64,000 nt of DNA from Opitutales bacterium (GTDB lineage: Bacteria > Verrucomicrobiota > Verrucomicrobiia > Opitutales > JABSRG01), in assembly GCA_049599475.1 (NCBI GenBank), contig JBMYOQ010000008.1, positions 45,216-109,215 on the forward strand. The letters run 5' to 3'. A program made the position numbers and the translations under genes. The notes beneath the pieces are model-generated. The model did no database searches and was not told where the DNA came from. It was given only the letters and a program-made list of their open reading frames with translations. Position 1 is the stretch's first letter. Each line of letters opens with the position of its first letter. Positions 10,557-23,408 of this stretch are shown in pieces.

Positions 10557-12031
10557 TTACCGGGTTTGTCTGGAATGACTTCTGGAAGCTCGATTGTGAA
10601 ACAAGCGCCAGATTCTGGGATGTTTTTAGCGGATAGCGTGCCGCCATATTGCTCAATGATTTCTTTTGAGAGAGCAAGGCCCAGGCCTAGTCCAAAGTGT
10701 TGGCTGCTGTTCTTAGTTGTGAAGTTAGGTTCGAAAATACGTTCCAAATTTTGCTCAGGGATACCTGTGCCGGCATCGCTTATTTTGATTTGAATCTTTC
10801 CTTCAATAAACGTGGCGCCGAGTGCGATTTTCTTACCCTCCGGTGTCGCGTCCATAGCATTTACCAGCAAATTCGTGATCACCTGATTGAACTCTCCTGG
10901 AGCTATCCGGACCTTGGGCAATTCGTTGAGTTCGATCCTTAGGTCGTAATACTTTAGTCGATGGTTGAGAACTGTCCTGGTGTCGCGAATACAGGTCAAA
11001 ATGTCAGTATCTTCGACAGTCGTGTTCTCTGGTTTGCCGTAGCGTTTGAGGCTCTTGACTAACCCAAAAATACGCTCCGTAGTCAGCTGTGCCGTCTTGA
11101 GGTAGGCCCCAGTCTCATAGGCGTTCAGAGCTTCGCTTATGCGTTGCTCAGGTTTGCTAGTGAGGCTGCGTTTCAAAAGTTTGTTTAAGTCGAGGTCGGG
11201 GCTCTCCGGGAGAGATGCCAGTCGTCTCAGGAGGCTGCGTGGCAACTGCGGGTGATCTTTCTCTAAAGATTTCAGGCGTGCCCGGATTGCTGAGGCGTCT
11301 GGTTGGCTCTGATCGATCCCTAATTGGTATAAGCCGAGCGCAGTCTCGCTATTTAGGTTCTTGGAATTTGAAGATTCGAGAGACTGTTTGGAGCACTCTT
11401 GGAGGCCCTCTATCGACTGGCGCAATGCCGATGCCGGGTTATTAATTTCGTGAGCCACCCCGGCTACGAGTTGACCCATGACAGCCAAGCGCTCCGAGTG
11501 GGCAAGGCGTTCGCGGGTCTCTTCAAGTTCTCTAAGGGTTTCCTTTAGATGATTGCGCTCGTTCTCCAACGCGATGGACAACTCTGCATTCTCCGCATTG
11601 ATGGCTGCCATACGCTGGACGCGTTCGCAAAGATTCCCGATCAACAAATGGTCCACCGTTTTGCTGAATTTCGAAAACTGCTCGCGGACTTTGTCGAACA
11701 GGTTTGGCGTAAAGAGAAGGCATGTAACATCGTCAACCGCCACCGATTTTGAGTGAGTCGGGCGGCCGGACCAAAAAGAGATCAATCCTAAAAAAGATCC
11801 CGGACCTAGGATATCGACAAATATTTTGCGGCCACCGTGACTCTTACTCTCACGTGTGAGTTCAGCAACTCCGCTGAGAATCACATAGAGATGCTTGTTT
11901 TGAGCGTTCTGGTCGAGGATCACCTCGCCGGGCTTAAAGCTGCAGGTCGGGAGTTTTTCAGACTCCACAAAATCGGTGAGAATGCCGAGGTTTTCGGCAT
12001 CCATGGTAACTTGCTGGGTGCTAGATTCCAT
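10553..12031 (-). CDS. Cytoplasmic sensor histidine kinase with N-terminal cyclic-nucleotide-binding (Crp-like) domain
   Basis: cNMP motifs (LYVILSG, GPGSFLG), H-box AHEINNP, N-box NLLVNAMDA, G-boxes DAGTGI and GLGL; no transmembrane segment seen. Confidence 0.88.
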   Translation of the reverse strand: MESSTQQVTMDAENLGILTDFVESEKLPTCSFKPGEVILDQNAQNKHLYVILSGVAELTRESKSHGGRKIFVDILGPGSFLGLISFWSGRPTHSKSVAVDDVTCLLFTPNLFDKVREQFSKFSKTVDHLLIGNLCERVQRMAAINAENAELSIALENERNHLKETLRELEETRERLAHSERLAVMGQLVAGVAHEINNPASALRQSIEGLQECSKQSLESSNSKNLNSETALGLYQLGIDQSQPDASAIRARLKSLEKDHPQLPRSLLRRLASLPESPDLDLNKLLKRSLTSKPEQRISEALNAYETGAYLKTAQLTTERIFGLVKSLKRYGKPENTTVEDTDILTCIRDTRTVLNHRLKYYDLRIELNELPKVRIAPGEFNQVITNLLVNAMDATPEGKKIALGATFIEGKIQIKISDAGTGIPEQNLERIFEPNFTTKNSSQHFGLGLGLALSKEIIEQYGGTLSAKNIPESGACFTIELPEVIPDKPGK

Positions 12032-12078
12032 TCAATGTAAGGGTGCGCTGCGCTGGTTACCCTAGTTCTAGGTATAAC

Positions 12079-12112
12079 AAAAAACCCGGAGCCGTGGACG
12101 GCAACCGGGTTC
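12079..12112 (-). terminator. Rho-independent terminator after pdhC
   Basis: AACCCGG...CCGGGTT stem followed by a T-run on the minus strand. Confidence 0.75.
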
Positions 12113-12136
12113 TTCAAAGAGAATGAAAATTTTTCC

Positions 12137-13423
12137 TTAAACGAGGATCAAGGAAGGATTTTCGAGAATGTCGCGCAAGGTGCTAAGGAACTCGGCGCCA
12201 TCCGCTCCGTCGACTGCGCGGTGGTCGCAGCAGAGAGCGAGGTTCATTACCTGGCCAGCCTGGATGGATCCATCCTTGGCAACGATCGGCTTCGCAACGG
12301 ATGCTCCGACGCAGAGGATGCCTGCATTGGGTGGGTTGATAATTCCGAAGAAATTGCTGATTCCGAGGCGTGGCATACCCATGTTTGAAACTGTGAAGGT
12401 GTGGCCCGACATTTCGGCAGGGCTGAGCTTCTTGGCCTGAGTCTTCTTGATGAGGCTCTTGGCTTCCGCGCTGATTTGGCGAATGCTCTTGTTGTGAGCG
12501 CCTTCGATGGTGGGGGTGAGTAGGCCGTCTGGGATCGGTACTGCGAAGGCCAAGTTTACCTTGTCGTGGTATTCAATGTGGTCGCCCATCCAAGAGACGT
12601 TCATCGCAGGCACGCGGCGCAGGGCTTCGACACTGGCCTTAAGAATAAGGTCGTTCACTGTGAGCTTCACCCCTTGAGACTCGAGTCCAGCATTCAGCTC
12701 GCCGCGTAGCTTTAGAAGGGCTCCGGCGTTTACTTCGATGCTGAGGTAGAAATGAGGAATGGTGTTCTTGGATTCCAGAAGGCGGCGAGCAATTGTGCCG
12801 CGCATAGTGGACACAGGGACTGTCTTGGCTTCTTGGACGAGGCCACCTGGGAGTGGCGCTGCCTTCGCTTTTTCAGCAGGGGCCGCCTTGGCAGGGTTCT
12901 TCGCAGCGGCTTCGACGTCGGCCTTCACGATGCGCCCGTTCGGGCCCGTGCCCTTGACGGATGAAAGATCTACTTTGAGTTCGGCAGCAATCTTCTTGGC
13001 AAGTGGGGATGCCTTTACACCAGAAACAGCTGGTGCAGCTGCGGGAGCCGGAGTCGATGCGGGTGCCGGAGTGGGCGCTGGAGCAGGAGTCGGTGCCGCC
13101 TTGGGCTCTTCCTTCGCTGGTTCTGCTGGTTTCTCTTCCGCTGGGGCTGCCTTAGGTGCAGATTCGACTGCGGGAGCGTCCTCGCCCTCTTCGCCAACGG
13201 CACAAATGGGCTCTCCAATAGCTACTTGCTCTCCTTCGGCTACATACAGTTTGAGGATGACGCCGTCTTCGAAGTTTTCGACCTCCATGGTCGCTTTATC
13301 GGTCTCGACTTCGGCGATCATGTCGCCAGAAGCAACGGTTTCGCCTTCTTTTTTCAGCCAGGATACGAGCACGCCGTGTGTCATCGTATCGCTCAGTTTA
13401 GGCATTTCAATTATAGTAGCCAT
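12137..13423 (-). CDS. pdhC: Pyruvate dehydrogenase E2, dihydrolipoamide acetyltransferase
   Basis: Lipoyl ETDKA, Ala/Pro linker, GTGPNGRI subunit-binding domain, catalytic DHRAVDG. Confidence 0.95.
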   Translation of the reverse strand: MATIIEMPKLSDTMTHGVLVSWLKKEGETVASGDMIAEVETDKATMEVENFEDGVILKLYVAEGEQVAIGEPICAVGEEGEDAPAVESAPKAAPAEEKPAEPAKEEPKAAPTPAPAPTPAPASTPAPAAAPAVSGVKASPLAKKIAAELKVDLSSVKGTGPNGRIVKADVEAAAKNPAKAAPAEKAKAAPLPGGLVQEAKTVPVSTMRGTIARRLLESKNTIPHFYLSIEVNAGALLKLRGELNAGLESQGVKLTVNDLILKASVEALRRVPAMNVSWMGDHIEYHDKVNLAFAVPIPDGLLTPTIEGAHNKSIRQISAEAKSLIKKTQAKKLSPAEMSGHTFTVSNMGMPRLGISNFFGIINPPNAGILCVGASVAKPIVAKDGSIQAGQVMNLALCCDHRAVDGADGAEFLSTLRDILENPSLILV

Positions 13424-13477
13424 GGATGTCGTTGAAGAGTGTTGTTATTAAATTTGTTGGAGAGGAGTAGGGGAACC

Positions 13478-14452
13478 TTAGATGATCGAGAGCACTTCCT
13501 TGATTACGTTCTTCGTGGAAGGGATCTGGAGTTTTTCGAGAGGCATTGAATAAATTTGTGGCGCGTCGAGAGCAGAAACACGCTTGATCGGAGCGTCCAA
13601 GTAATCGAAGGCTCTCTCTTGGATCAAGTAAGCGATCTGGGCGTCGACTCCGCAGAACGGCTTATTTTCCTCTACGAGCACGGCCTTGCTGGTCTTTTTG
13701 ACCGACTCAATGATCGCATCTTCGTCGAGTGGGCGAATCGAGCGCAGGTCGAGGACCTCAGCTTCAATTTCGTATTCCTCTTCGAGAATCTTTGCGGCTT
13801 CGAGACAGGTGATGACTGCACCTCCGTGGCAGACGAGCGTCACGTCTGTGCCCTCGCGTTTGACGTCTGCTTTGCCCAGAGGAACGATATAATCTTCCTC
13901 AGGCACTTCCCACTCCATCCCGTAAAGGACGGTAGATTCCATGAAGAAGACTGGGTCATTATCGCGGATTGCGGCCTTCATCATGCCCTTGGCATCGTAG
14001 GCTGTTGCCGGGTATACGACCTTTAGGCCAGGAAAGTTAGCTGCGCTATTCTCGGGTGTGTGTGAGTGTGTCGCGCCGACGTTGGTGCCGCCGTTTGCGG
14101 GTCCGCGAATTACGATAGGGCAGTTGATCTGGCCCCCGGACATGTATCGCACCGCTGCAGCGTTGTTGACCATTTGGTCCCAGGCTACGTAGGCAAACGA
14201 GTAGAACATCAACTCAATGACTGGACGGATGCCGAGCATCGAGGCGCCAATGCCCATTCCGATAAAACCTGCCTCGGAAATAGGGGTATCGACGACACGC
14301 TTGTCGCCATACTTGGACCACAGTCCTTCGGTCACTTTGTAGGCTCCGTTGTACTGAGCTACCTCTTCGCCCATGAGGACTACGTTTTCATCGCGTTCGA
14401 TCTCTTCTGCGAACGCATCATTGAGTGCTTGTCGGTATGTAATGGCCGGCAT
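13478..14452 (-). CDS. pdhB: Pyruvate dehydrogenase E1 beta subunit
   Basis: DTPISEAG and DLRSIRPLD motifs; operon context. Confidence 0.95.
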   Translation of the reverse strand: MPAITYRQALNDAFAEEIERDENVVLMGEEVAQYNGAYKVTEGLWSKYGDKRVVDTPISEAGFIGMGIGASMLGIRPVIELMFYSFAYVAWDQMVNNAAAVRYMSGGQINCPIVIRGPANGGTNVGATHSHTPENSAANFPGLKVVYPATAYDAKGMMKAAIRDNDPVFFMESTVLYGMEWEVPEEDYIVPLGKADVKREGTDVTLVCHGGAVITCLEAAKILEEEYEIEAEVLDLRSIRPLDEDAIIESVKKTSKAVLVEENKPFCGVDAQIAYLIQERAFDYLDAPIKRVSALDAPQIYSMPLEKLQIPSTKNVIKEVLSII

Positions 14453-14467
14453 GGTAAAAATCTAAAA

Positions 14468-15568
14468 TTAGCCCTCGATAGAGTTGAAGAAGTGTGTGCC
14501 TGTGCTTCCCGCTTCGGTTTTGTTGTCCACTTCCCAGTAGACGTCCGAGAAAATTTCTTCTGCAGGAGGGAAGGGGCTGGCTTCAGCAAATTCGACAGAG
14601 GCTTTGGCTTCTTCCTTGGCTGCCTTCTTGATTTCCTTCGCGGATTCTTCAGTTAGGACGCCCTCTTTGATGAGGATATTTTGAAACAGGTTGATCGGGT
14701 CGTGATTCTTTTTGTAGTTCTCGATCTCTTCCTTGGAGCGATACTTTTGGTGATTCGCGTCGGCGATTGAGTGACCGTAGTAACGGTAGGTTTGGATCTC
14801 TAGAAGCGTCGGTTTGCTCTCATTGTGAGCTCGCTCGATAGCTTTCTGAGTCCCCGCGCGGACTGCGTAGATGTTGGATCCGTCGATTACGTCCCAAGCC
14901 ATGTTGTAGCCTTCTGCGCGCGCCGCTAGACCTTCTGCCGGGTGAGAAGATGAGCGCACCTGTGAGGTGCCCATTGAGTAACCGTTATTTTCAATGATGA
15001 AAATTGCTGGGAGGTCGAAGAGTGCTGCCAGGTTCAAGGATTCGTGGAAGGCTCCTTGGTTGATCGCGCCGTCGCCAAGGTAAGTCATACATGAACCCTT
15101 TTGGCCCTTGTATTTCACGCCATAAGCGAGGCCGATTCCCAGAGGAGTCTGACCACCGACGATTCCATGCCCGCCCCAATAGTTCTTATCGGGAGCGAAA
15201 AAGTGCATCGAGCCGCCCTTACCTTTGGAGCAGCCGGTATATTTTCCATACAGTTCCGCCATGCACTCGTTCATATTCATCCCGACGGCCAAAGCGTGGC
15301 CGTGGTCGCGGTAGGCCGTGATGATGTGGTCGTGCTCACCCATTAGGGAAACGGTACCGACTGCGGTCGATTCTTGACCGATGTAAAGGTGGAGGAATCC
15401 GCCCATCTTTCCCTTTTGATAGCTTTGTAGAGCGCTCTGCTCGAAGACGCGGATACGCTCCATGTCGCGATACAATGCGATCTTTTCATCGGCGGATAGA
15501 CCGGCGTTGATCGGCGCTTTCGAGAAATCCTCGGAGGATGGTTTGCGGGCGTTTTTCTTCTGACTCAC
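14468..15568 (-). CDS. pdhA: Pyruvate dehydrogenase E1 alpha subunit
   Basis: GFLHLYIGQE, GKGGSMH, TPP motif GDGA...ENN, YRYYGHS. Confidence 0.95.
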   Translation of the reverse strand: MSQKKNARKPSSEDFSKAPINAGLSADEKIALYRDMERIRVFEQSALQSYQKGKMGGFLHLYIGQESTAVGTVSLMGEHDHIITAYRDHGHALAVGMNMNECMAELYGKYTGCSKGKGGSMHFFAPDKNYWGGHGIVGGQTPLGIGLAYGVKYKGQKGSCMTYLGDGAINQGAFHESLNLAALFDLPAIFIIENNGYSMGTSQVRSSSHPAEGLAARAEGYNMAWDVIDGSNIYAVRAGTQKAIERAHNESKPTLLEIQTYRYYGHSIADANHQKYRSKEEIENYKKNHDPINLFQNILIKEGVLTEESAKEIKKAAKEEAKASVEFAEASPFPPAEEIFSDVYWEVDNKTEAGSTGTHFFNSIEG

Positions 15569-15630
15569 AATTTTATGTACAGCTAGGAATGCCGTTGGTG
15601 AACGGGACTGAAGGCGGAAAGTTGGGAGAA

Positions 15631-16119
15631 TCAGAGCGATTCTTCAACTACTAATTCCACATTGTTGTCAGAATCGAAGCTCGCTCGAACGGCGGTGAAT
15701 CCGTCCAGGTGTCGATCGTAGAAAGGCCAAACGATCGTCTTGTCGGTCTCTGGAATGCTAATTTCGTCGATTTCTTGCCGGGTGAAAAACTGGAATGGGC
15801 CCTCGTCGATCTCCTTTGGTAGGGAATTTAGGGTGGGCTTGATTTGAAACATGAACATTAGCCAATGAGTGTTTCCCTCATAGGCCTTCTCGGCGACCAT
15901 TGAGAAAAGATGCAGGTCGTTGTGGCTCAGGGTGAGTCCCAGCTCTTCGTGGGCCTCTCTAGCTGCACACTCGTAGGGAGATTCGCCGATAGCCATTTCC
16001 AATTTCCCCCCAGGGGGACTCCACAGGCCGTAGTTTGGGGCCTTGCGTCGCTGCATCATAAGGATCTTTTTTGACGAATCTTGAGCAAACAGAAGGGTGC
16101 TGATTTTGTATGGTGTCAT
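15631..16119 (-). CDS. NUDIX hydrolase (MutT-like)
   Basis: Nudix box GGKLEMAIGESPYECAAREAHEELG. Confidence 0.88.
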   Translation of the reverse strand: MTPYKISTLLFAQDSSKKILMMQRRKAPNYGLWSPPGGKLEMAIGESPYECAAREAHEELGLTLSHNDLHLFSMVAEKAYEGNTHWLMFMFQIKPTLNSLPKEIDEGPFQFFTRQEIDEISIPETDKTIVWPFYDRHLDGFTAVRASFDSDNNVELVVEESL

Positions 16120-16204
16120 AGTTTATGCGGATCAAGCGGCGTTAATAATAGCGAGATTTTTATTGCATTAAGGTCATTTGAGACGTTAAGGCTCCCTCTT
16201 GCTT

Positions 16205-16798
16205 ATGAGATCCGTTCTACCCCTATTAGTCCTGATGGTCCTTCCGGCTGCCCTGAGAGCAGGCATTGAGATCCAGGATGTTTCATTCAGCGAGCTCCGT
16301 AGTAAATCCATCTTAATGGCAGTAGAGCTCAAGGCCGGCCGGGAATCTGGTTCCCGAGATAAATACATCAGTGACATCAAGGTCGCGGTCTACGCGAGTT
16401 GGGGAGATCGAGGGCAGACGGATCCGGCGAGTCTGAAATTTTACCGATCCGCAGCAGAAATTGTGGCGATCGAGGTGAACGACACCGTAACCGTTCCATT
16501 TATTCTGTCTGGAGCTGTCGCTGATCGTGATGAGCTACGTAAAGATCCTTTTGGATACTATATCGAAGTTCAAGTGGGCGGTGAGGCCGTTCCCTTTTCG
16601 CCAGAATTTGTCTCGCCCAGTATTCGCGACAACGCCAGTGCTATTCGCTCTATCAAGCAGCGTGCCGAAGGCGAGGACGGCAAGGCAAATGACGGCCTTT
16701 TCGTACCTTTTTATTTAGCCACATATGGGCTTGAAAACGCGAGTATCAGAAGCCTGCCGTTCTTCCGCAGATCTGAGATCGAATCAATTTTTGAATAA
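16205..16798 (+). CDS. Exported protein, probable Amuc_1102-like first gene of the pilus/secretin operon
   Basis: Signal peptide (ending ALRA); first gene of a co-directional PilM-to-secretin cluster. The family call rests on position. Confidence 0.55.
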   Translation: MRSVLPLLVLMVLPAALRAGIEIQDVSFSELRSKSILMAVELKAGRESGSRDKYISDIKVAVYASWGDRGQTDPASLKFYRSAAEIVAIEVNDTVTVPFILSGAVADRDELRKDPFGYYIEVQVGGEAVPFSPEFVSPSIRDNASAIRSIKQRAEGEDGKANDGLFVPFYLATYGLENASIRSLPFFRRSEIESIFE

Positions 16799-16847
16799 TT
16801 AGTCTTGTCTTTAACACACTTTTAGCAGTTGGTTTTTTAAACACCCG

Positions 16848-18590
16848 ATGAGTTTCTTTACCCCACTTGTTATCCACTGCGGAGCCAGCAGTGTTTCCGT
16901 CGCTCGTTTCAGCGAAGGAGGATCCGGTAAGCGAACCTTGGAGTCGTTCGTTACGAGCGATTTGGTATATGATTTTTCCTCAGATGAGGAGTGGTCGTTC
17001 GCAGTAGTCGAAAAGCTTAAGGAATTATCTTCGAGCGCAGGTCTTTCGGGACATCCGGCAACATTGATTTTGCCTGGTTTCCGATTGCTCACGAAGTCTT
17101 TCAAGATTCCACACGTTGAGGAAGGGCAGCGAGCACAGATCATTGCCTTTGAGGCACAGCAAAATATTCCGTATCCGCTAACTGAAGTTGTATGGGATAG
17201 CCAAATCATCGGAGATGACGGCATTGAGACAGACTGTCTGTTTGTCGCGGCCAAAAATGACTTTATCCAAAGTCTTCTAAATCAGCTTTACGGCATCGGG
17301 ATGAATGTAGTCCAAGTCACCGCTTCTTCGGTGTTGGACCACAGCGCGGTTCGATCGATTTTGGGAAGCGGTGCAGATCAGCACCTCTTGATCAATATTG
17401 GAGCGCGCGCCTCGAACCTTATTTTCATCGGGGAGAACGGATTCTTCGTGCGTAATATCGCGTTGGGCGGTAACTCCCTCACTCAGCAAATCGCAGATTC
17501 TATCGGGTTGAGTTTTGCTAAGGCCGAGGCCTTGAAGGTGAAGTTCTTCACCGGAGCTGAGTCTTTTGCTCAGGATGACCCGCACGTTAAGATGATTTTG
17601 AACTGTGCTCAGCAGTTCATGCAGCGAATTAGCACCGAGGTTACACGTTCCACCGTGAACTATCGCAGGCAGAACAAGGGCAAAAGTGTTAGCTCAATTT
17701 TGCTTACTGGTCGCGGCTCGCTTCTGAGTGGTTTCACCGACTACCTGAAGCAGAAGCAAAAGGTGGAAGTCCAATACTTTGATCCACTGGAATGTGTGGA
17801 GATTGCTCCGAGCGTGAACACTGCGAGCTTGGACATGGCAAAATTCCAAGTATCTGAGCTGTTCGGCTTGGTTTCTGATCTTGGAGCATCGGGCTCGACC
17901 ACTATCAATCTTTTACCTCCGCACATCCAGGCAGAGCAGCGTTTCTCAAAGCAGAAACCTTTCTATCTGACCGGGGCGTTGGCTCTTGGGATTGCTGCGT
18001 TGCTACCATTCTTCTACCTCAGCTCTAAGGCTTCCGCATTGAGCGATACTGCGAAGAGTTACAAGGACGCGACACAACCGCTCCTTGCAAATCAGACGAT
18101 GATCGCAGACAAGACTCTGAAAGCTGAAGAAATCGCTTCAAAGATTCAGAAAGTCGAGGGCCTCGCGGACTCGCGCTTCAATTGGGCATTCTTCTTTGCT
18201 GATGTGCAAAAGGCTTTAGACTCTGTCCGTGATGCTTGGTTGGATGAACTTACCGTTGATCGTGAGCTGAAGGAGACCTCGGTTCTGAGTCAAACAGCGT
18301 ATGACGACTTTGGTAATCCTCTGAAGATTACGCAGACAACGGTAGATTATAAAGTGGTCCTCTCCGGGCGCATGCTTCTTCGAGGTGAAGATTCTAGAGT
18401 GGTCCCAGATGCAGCGATTGATCCTTCTGAGATTACCAGCCGCATCCGCAGCCTTACCCAGAGTCTAGCCGAGTCTGATTTTTTCACCAATGTCTCTGAT
18501 CCTACGATTGACTTCACTAAGCTCAACGAAGGTCTGAACCTGATCTCTTTCCAGTTAACCCTGACGGTTGATTCCGAAAAGCCACTGTAA
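16848..18590 (+). CDS. pilM: PilM/FtsA-like actin-fold protein fused to a PilN-like membrane/periplasmic part (Amuc_1101-like)
   Basis: FEAQQNIPYPL, LINIGA, RNIALGG, LTGRGS motifs, followed by INLLP (PilN signature) and a TM helix. Confidence 0.82.
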   Translation: MSFFTPLVIHCGASSVSVARFSEGGSGKRTLESFVTSDLVYDFSSDEEWSFAVVEKLKELSSSAGLSGHPATLILPGFRLLTKSFKIPHVEEGQRAQIIAFEAQQNIPYPLTEVVWDSQIIGDDGIETDCLFVAAKNDFIQSLLNQLYGIGMNVVQVTASSVLDHSAVRSILGSGADQHLLINIGARASNLIFIGENGFFVRNIALGGNSLTQQIADSIGLSFAKAEALKVKFFTGAESFAQDDPHVKMILNCAQQFMQRISTEVTRSTVNYRRQNKGKSVSSILLTGRGSLLSGFTDYLKQKQKVEVQYFDPLECVEIAPSVNTASLDMAKFQVSELFGLVSDLGASGSTTINLLPPHIQAEQRFSKQKPFYLTGALALGIAALLPFFYLSSKASALSDTAKSYKDATQPLLANQTMIADKTLKAEEIASKIQKVEGLADSRFNWAFFFADVQKALDSVRDAWLDELTVDRELKETSVLSQTAYDDFGNPLKITQTTVDYKVVLSGRMLLRGEDSRVVPDAAIDPSEITSRIRSLTQSLAESDFFTNVSDPTIDFTKLNEGLNLISFQLTLTVDSEKPL

Positions 18591-18591
18591 T

Positions 18592-19572
18592 ATGGAATTC
18601 GCAAAAAAATATCCTGTTTTTTTGTCAATCTGCGTGTTGTCAGCAGTGATGCTGGTGTCAGGGATCGTATTGACATTTATGACACTTGGTAAGGTGTCAA
18701 AAGCTGAGTCGAGTGTGCAAAGAGCTAAGAATCAGTTTAATGCACTTCAATCTGGTAGCCCGTCTCCGGTTTCGGAGAACATCCAGGCATTGGATACGAA
18801 CATTGCAAATCTGAGTGATTCGCTTACGAGTGCTCTTTCTCGCCTCGAAGCGACGCGCCCGTTCGTCTTGGCTGAGGACGCAGATGTGCTGCTCCCGACT
18901 ATCGTGAAATACATTCGTGATTTCCGAACCCGGGCAGCTGCAAATGAGTTTGTGATTGTTAAGCAAGACGAGGCATTTGGCTTCTCAACTTATGAGAAAG
19001 ACGTGCCGCCACCTGCGCGTGAAAAGGTCCCTCTTGTGGATAAGCAGCGCCAGATTCTGACCTATGTCGTTCAGCGCCTATTTGACTCTGCTCAAGTAGG
19101 TGAGGCTATCGAAGTCGTGTCGGTTTCACGTGAATACGTAGAAGTCGAAGAAGATCCTACTGCGAACACAAACAATCGCAGAGCAACGACCTATGATGAT
19201 CAGTTTGAGGTGGATCCCGCTGTAACGGCCCGTGTGGATGGTGCCGTGGATACGCTTGCTTTTGAAATCGTGTTCAGCGGATACACCGAGTCACTTCGAC
19301 GATTCATCGAATCTTTGTCTCAATTTGAGCTCCCTGTTGTGATAAGAAGCGTAGAGGTTGAGCGAAAGCAAGTTGAGGAGAGTAGAAGCTCATCAAGCCG
19401 CAGCAGCTCGGCGCGCAGCACCTTGGAAGATCTGTTTGGTGTCAGTGGAAATAGCAGCGATGCTGACGAAAGCGCGACCACCACGGTCTCCGAGCGCAAA
19501 CCGATCGTAGACCAAAACGAAAGTATTTTCACCATCGTCGTGGAATACGTAGAAGTATCGATTCAACCCTAA
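18592..19572 (+). CDS. Amuc_1100-family pilus-associated protein (PilO-like position)
   Basis: N-terminal TM helix, coiled coil, FGFSTY motif and a ferredoxin-like end (F.GYTESLRRF...VVIRSVEV); third gene of the cluster. ATG at 18592 chosen as start. Confidence 0.7.
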   Translation: MEFAKKYPVFLSICVLSAVMLVSGIVLTFMTLGKVSKAESSVQRAKNQFNALQSGSPSPVSENIQALDTNIANLSDSLTSALSRLEATRPFVLAEDADVLLPTIVKYIRDFRTRAAANEFVIVKQDEAFGFSTYEKDVPPPAREKVPLVDKQRQILTYVVQRLFDSAQVGEAIEVVSVSREYVEVEEDPTANTNNRRATTYDDQFEVDPAVTARVDGAVDTLAFEIVFSGYTESLRRFIESLSQFELPVVIRSVEVERKQVEESRSSSSRSSSARSTLEDLFGVSGNSSDADESATTTVSERKPIVDQNESIFTIVVEYVEVSIQP

Positions 19573-19584
19573 CTTTAGCCATTG

Positions 19585-20466
19585 ATGAAAGCTTTTGCAG
19601 ATAAAATTCTATGTGGATGCGGCGTCGCGGCTTTGGTCGCCAGCGGAGCCTGGACATTTATGTCTCTCGGAGGTGTGCAGGCTCAGGATATTTCGAATGT
19701 CGCGAATTCTCCAGCGGGAGTGAAGGTCGACCCGGTCTCAGCACCCAGTGCGAGTGTTGAAGCGCCCGACTGGAAAAGTCCGGTAAGCCAAGATCCAGAA
19801 GACGCAAATTGGGTTTATGGTGTGTTTACCCCACCGAAAATCTACGAGGATAATGGATATTTCTCTGCCGTGCCTCCGAAAATCGAGGGGACTGGTCCAA
19901 CGCATACTATCGACGTGGAGCTTATTGAAATGGCTCAAAAGCTTTACCGCTTCCAATTCGAAGGTTATGTCGAAGAAGATGCCTCGGATCCCAGGAAGAA
20001 TTTGGCGATGCTATTAGACCGCGAAACCAATTTTGCGGTGCGTGCACGCGTCGGTCGCGAATTCCCGAACGAAGGTATTCGTATTCTTGATCTCGATATC
20101 CAGCGCAGTCTAGATGCAGACGGTGTCGTTTCCCGAATAGAACGTGTGACCATTCAAGAGATCGCAACGGGTCTCGAAGTCATATTGGAAAACGGAATCG
20201 ATAAATACGAAGAAGACGTATCCATAAAGATCCGATCTTCCTTCACGGGTGATATTGTCGAAATCGACGCCGAGACCACAACTTTCGAACTCAATGACCT
20301 GACCTACGCACTGATCAATGTAGATGTGCCCAACTCTCAGGTAACGGTTCGTAAACCCATCGAGGGCGAGGAAGGTGAAGAAGATTTTCTGACCGAGACC
20401 CTAGAAATCGTTGAGTTGTCTACCGACTCGATCTCCTCTCCGGCTACAAACTTGCCACTCTTCTAA
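19585..20466 (+). CDS. Amuc_1099-like membrane-anchored protein of the secretin operon
   Basis: N-terminal DKI plus TM helix, FTPPKIY motif; located between the Amuc_1100-like gene and the secretin. Confidence 0.6.
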   Translation: MKAFADKILCGCGVAALVASGAWTFMSLGGVQAQDISNVANSPAGVKVDPVSAPSASVEAPDWKSPVSQDPEDANWVYGVFTPPKIYEDNGYFSAVPPKIEGTGPTHTIDVELIEMAQKLYRFQFEGYVEEDASDPRKNLAMLLDRETNFAVRARVGREFPNEGIRILDLDIQRSLDADGVVSRIERVTIQEIATGLEVILENGIDKYEEDVSIKIRSSFTGDIVEIDAETTTFELNDLTYALINVDVPNSQVTVRKPIEGEEGEEDFLTETLEIVELSTDSISSPATNLPLF

Positions 20467-20520
20467 TCCCTGTCCGCCTAACTAATCATTTAAACTCGAT
20501 TACACTCCTACTGATTGCGA

Positions 20521-23268
<2,748 letters not shown>

Positions 23269-23311
23269 AGCAGGTCTTGAGAGCCTCTTCTCAATGAATC
23301 TTATTCCGAAT

Positions 23312-23341
23312 GAGCACTCAGAGATTATTCTCTGGGTGCTC
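23312..23341 (+). terminator. Stem-loop after the secretin (no U-tract; weak terminator or stabiliser)
   Basis: GAGCACTCAGAGA...TCTCTGGGTGCTC inverted repeat. Confidence 0.5.
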
Positions 23342-23408
23342 TCGTGATAGCAGAGAAGGACTTCTTTGCCCCATAAATATCCCTATTAACTGCTCTTTCT
23401 GAATCATC

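Noticed and set aside
12759..13451. 230-aa Ala/Gly/Ser-rich plus-strand ORF
   Set aside because: Mirror of the pdhC Ala/Pro linker on the opposite strand.
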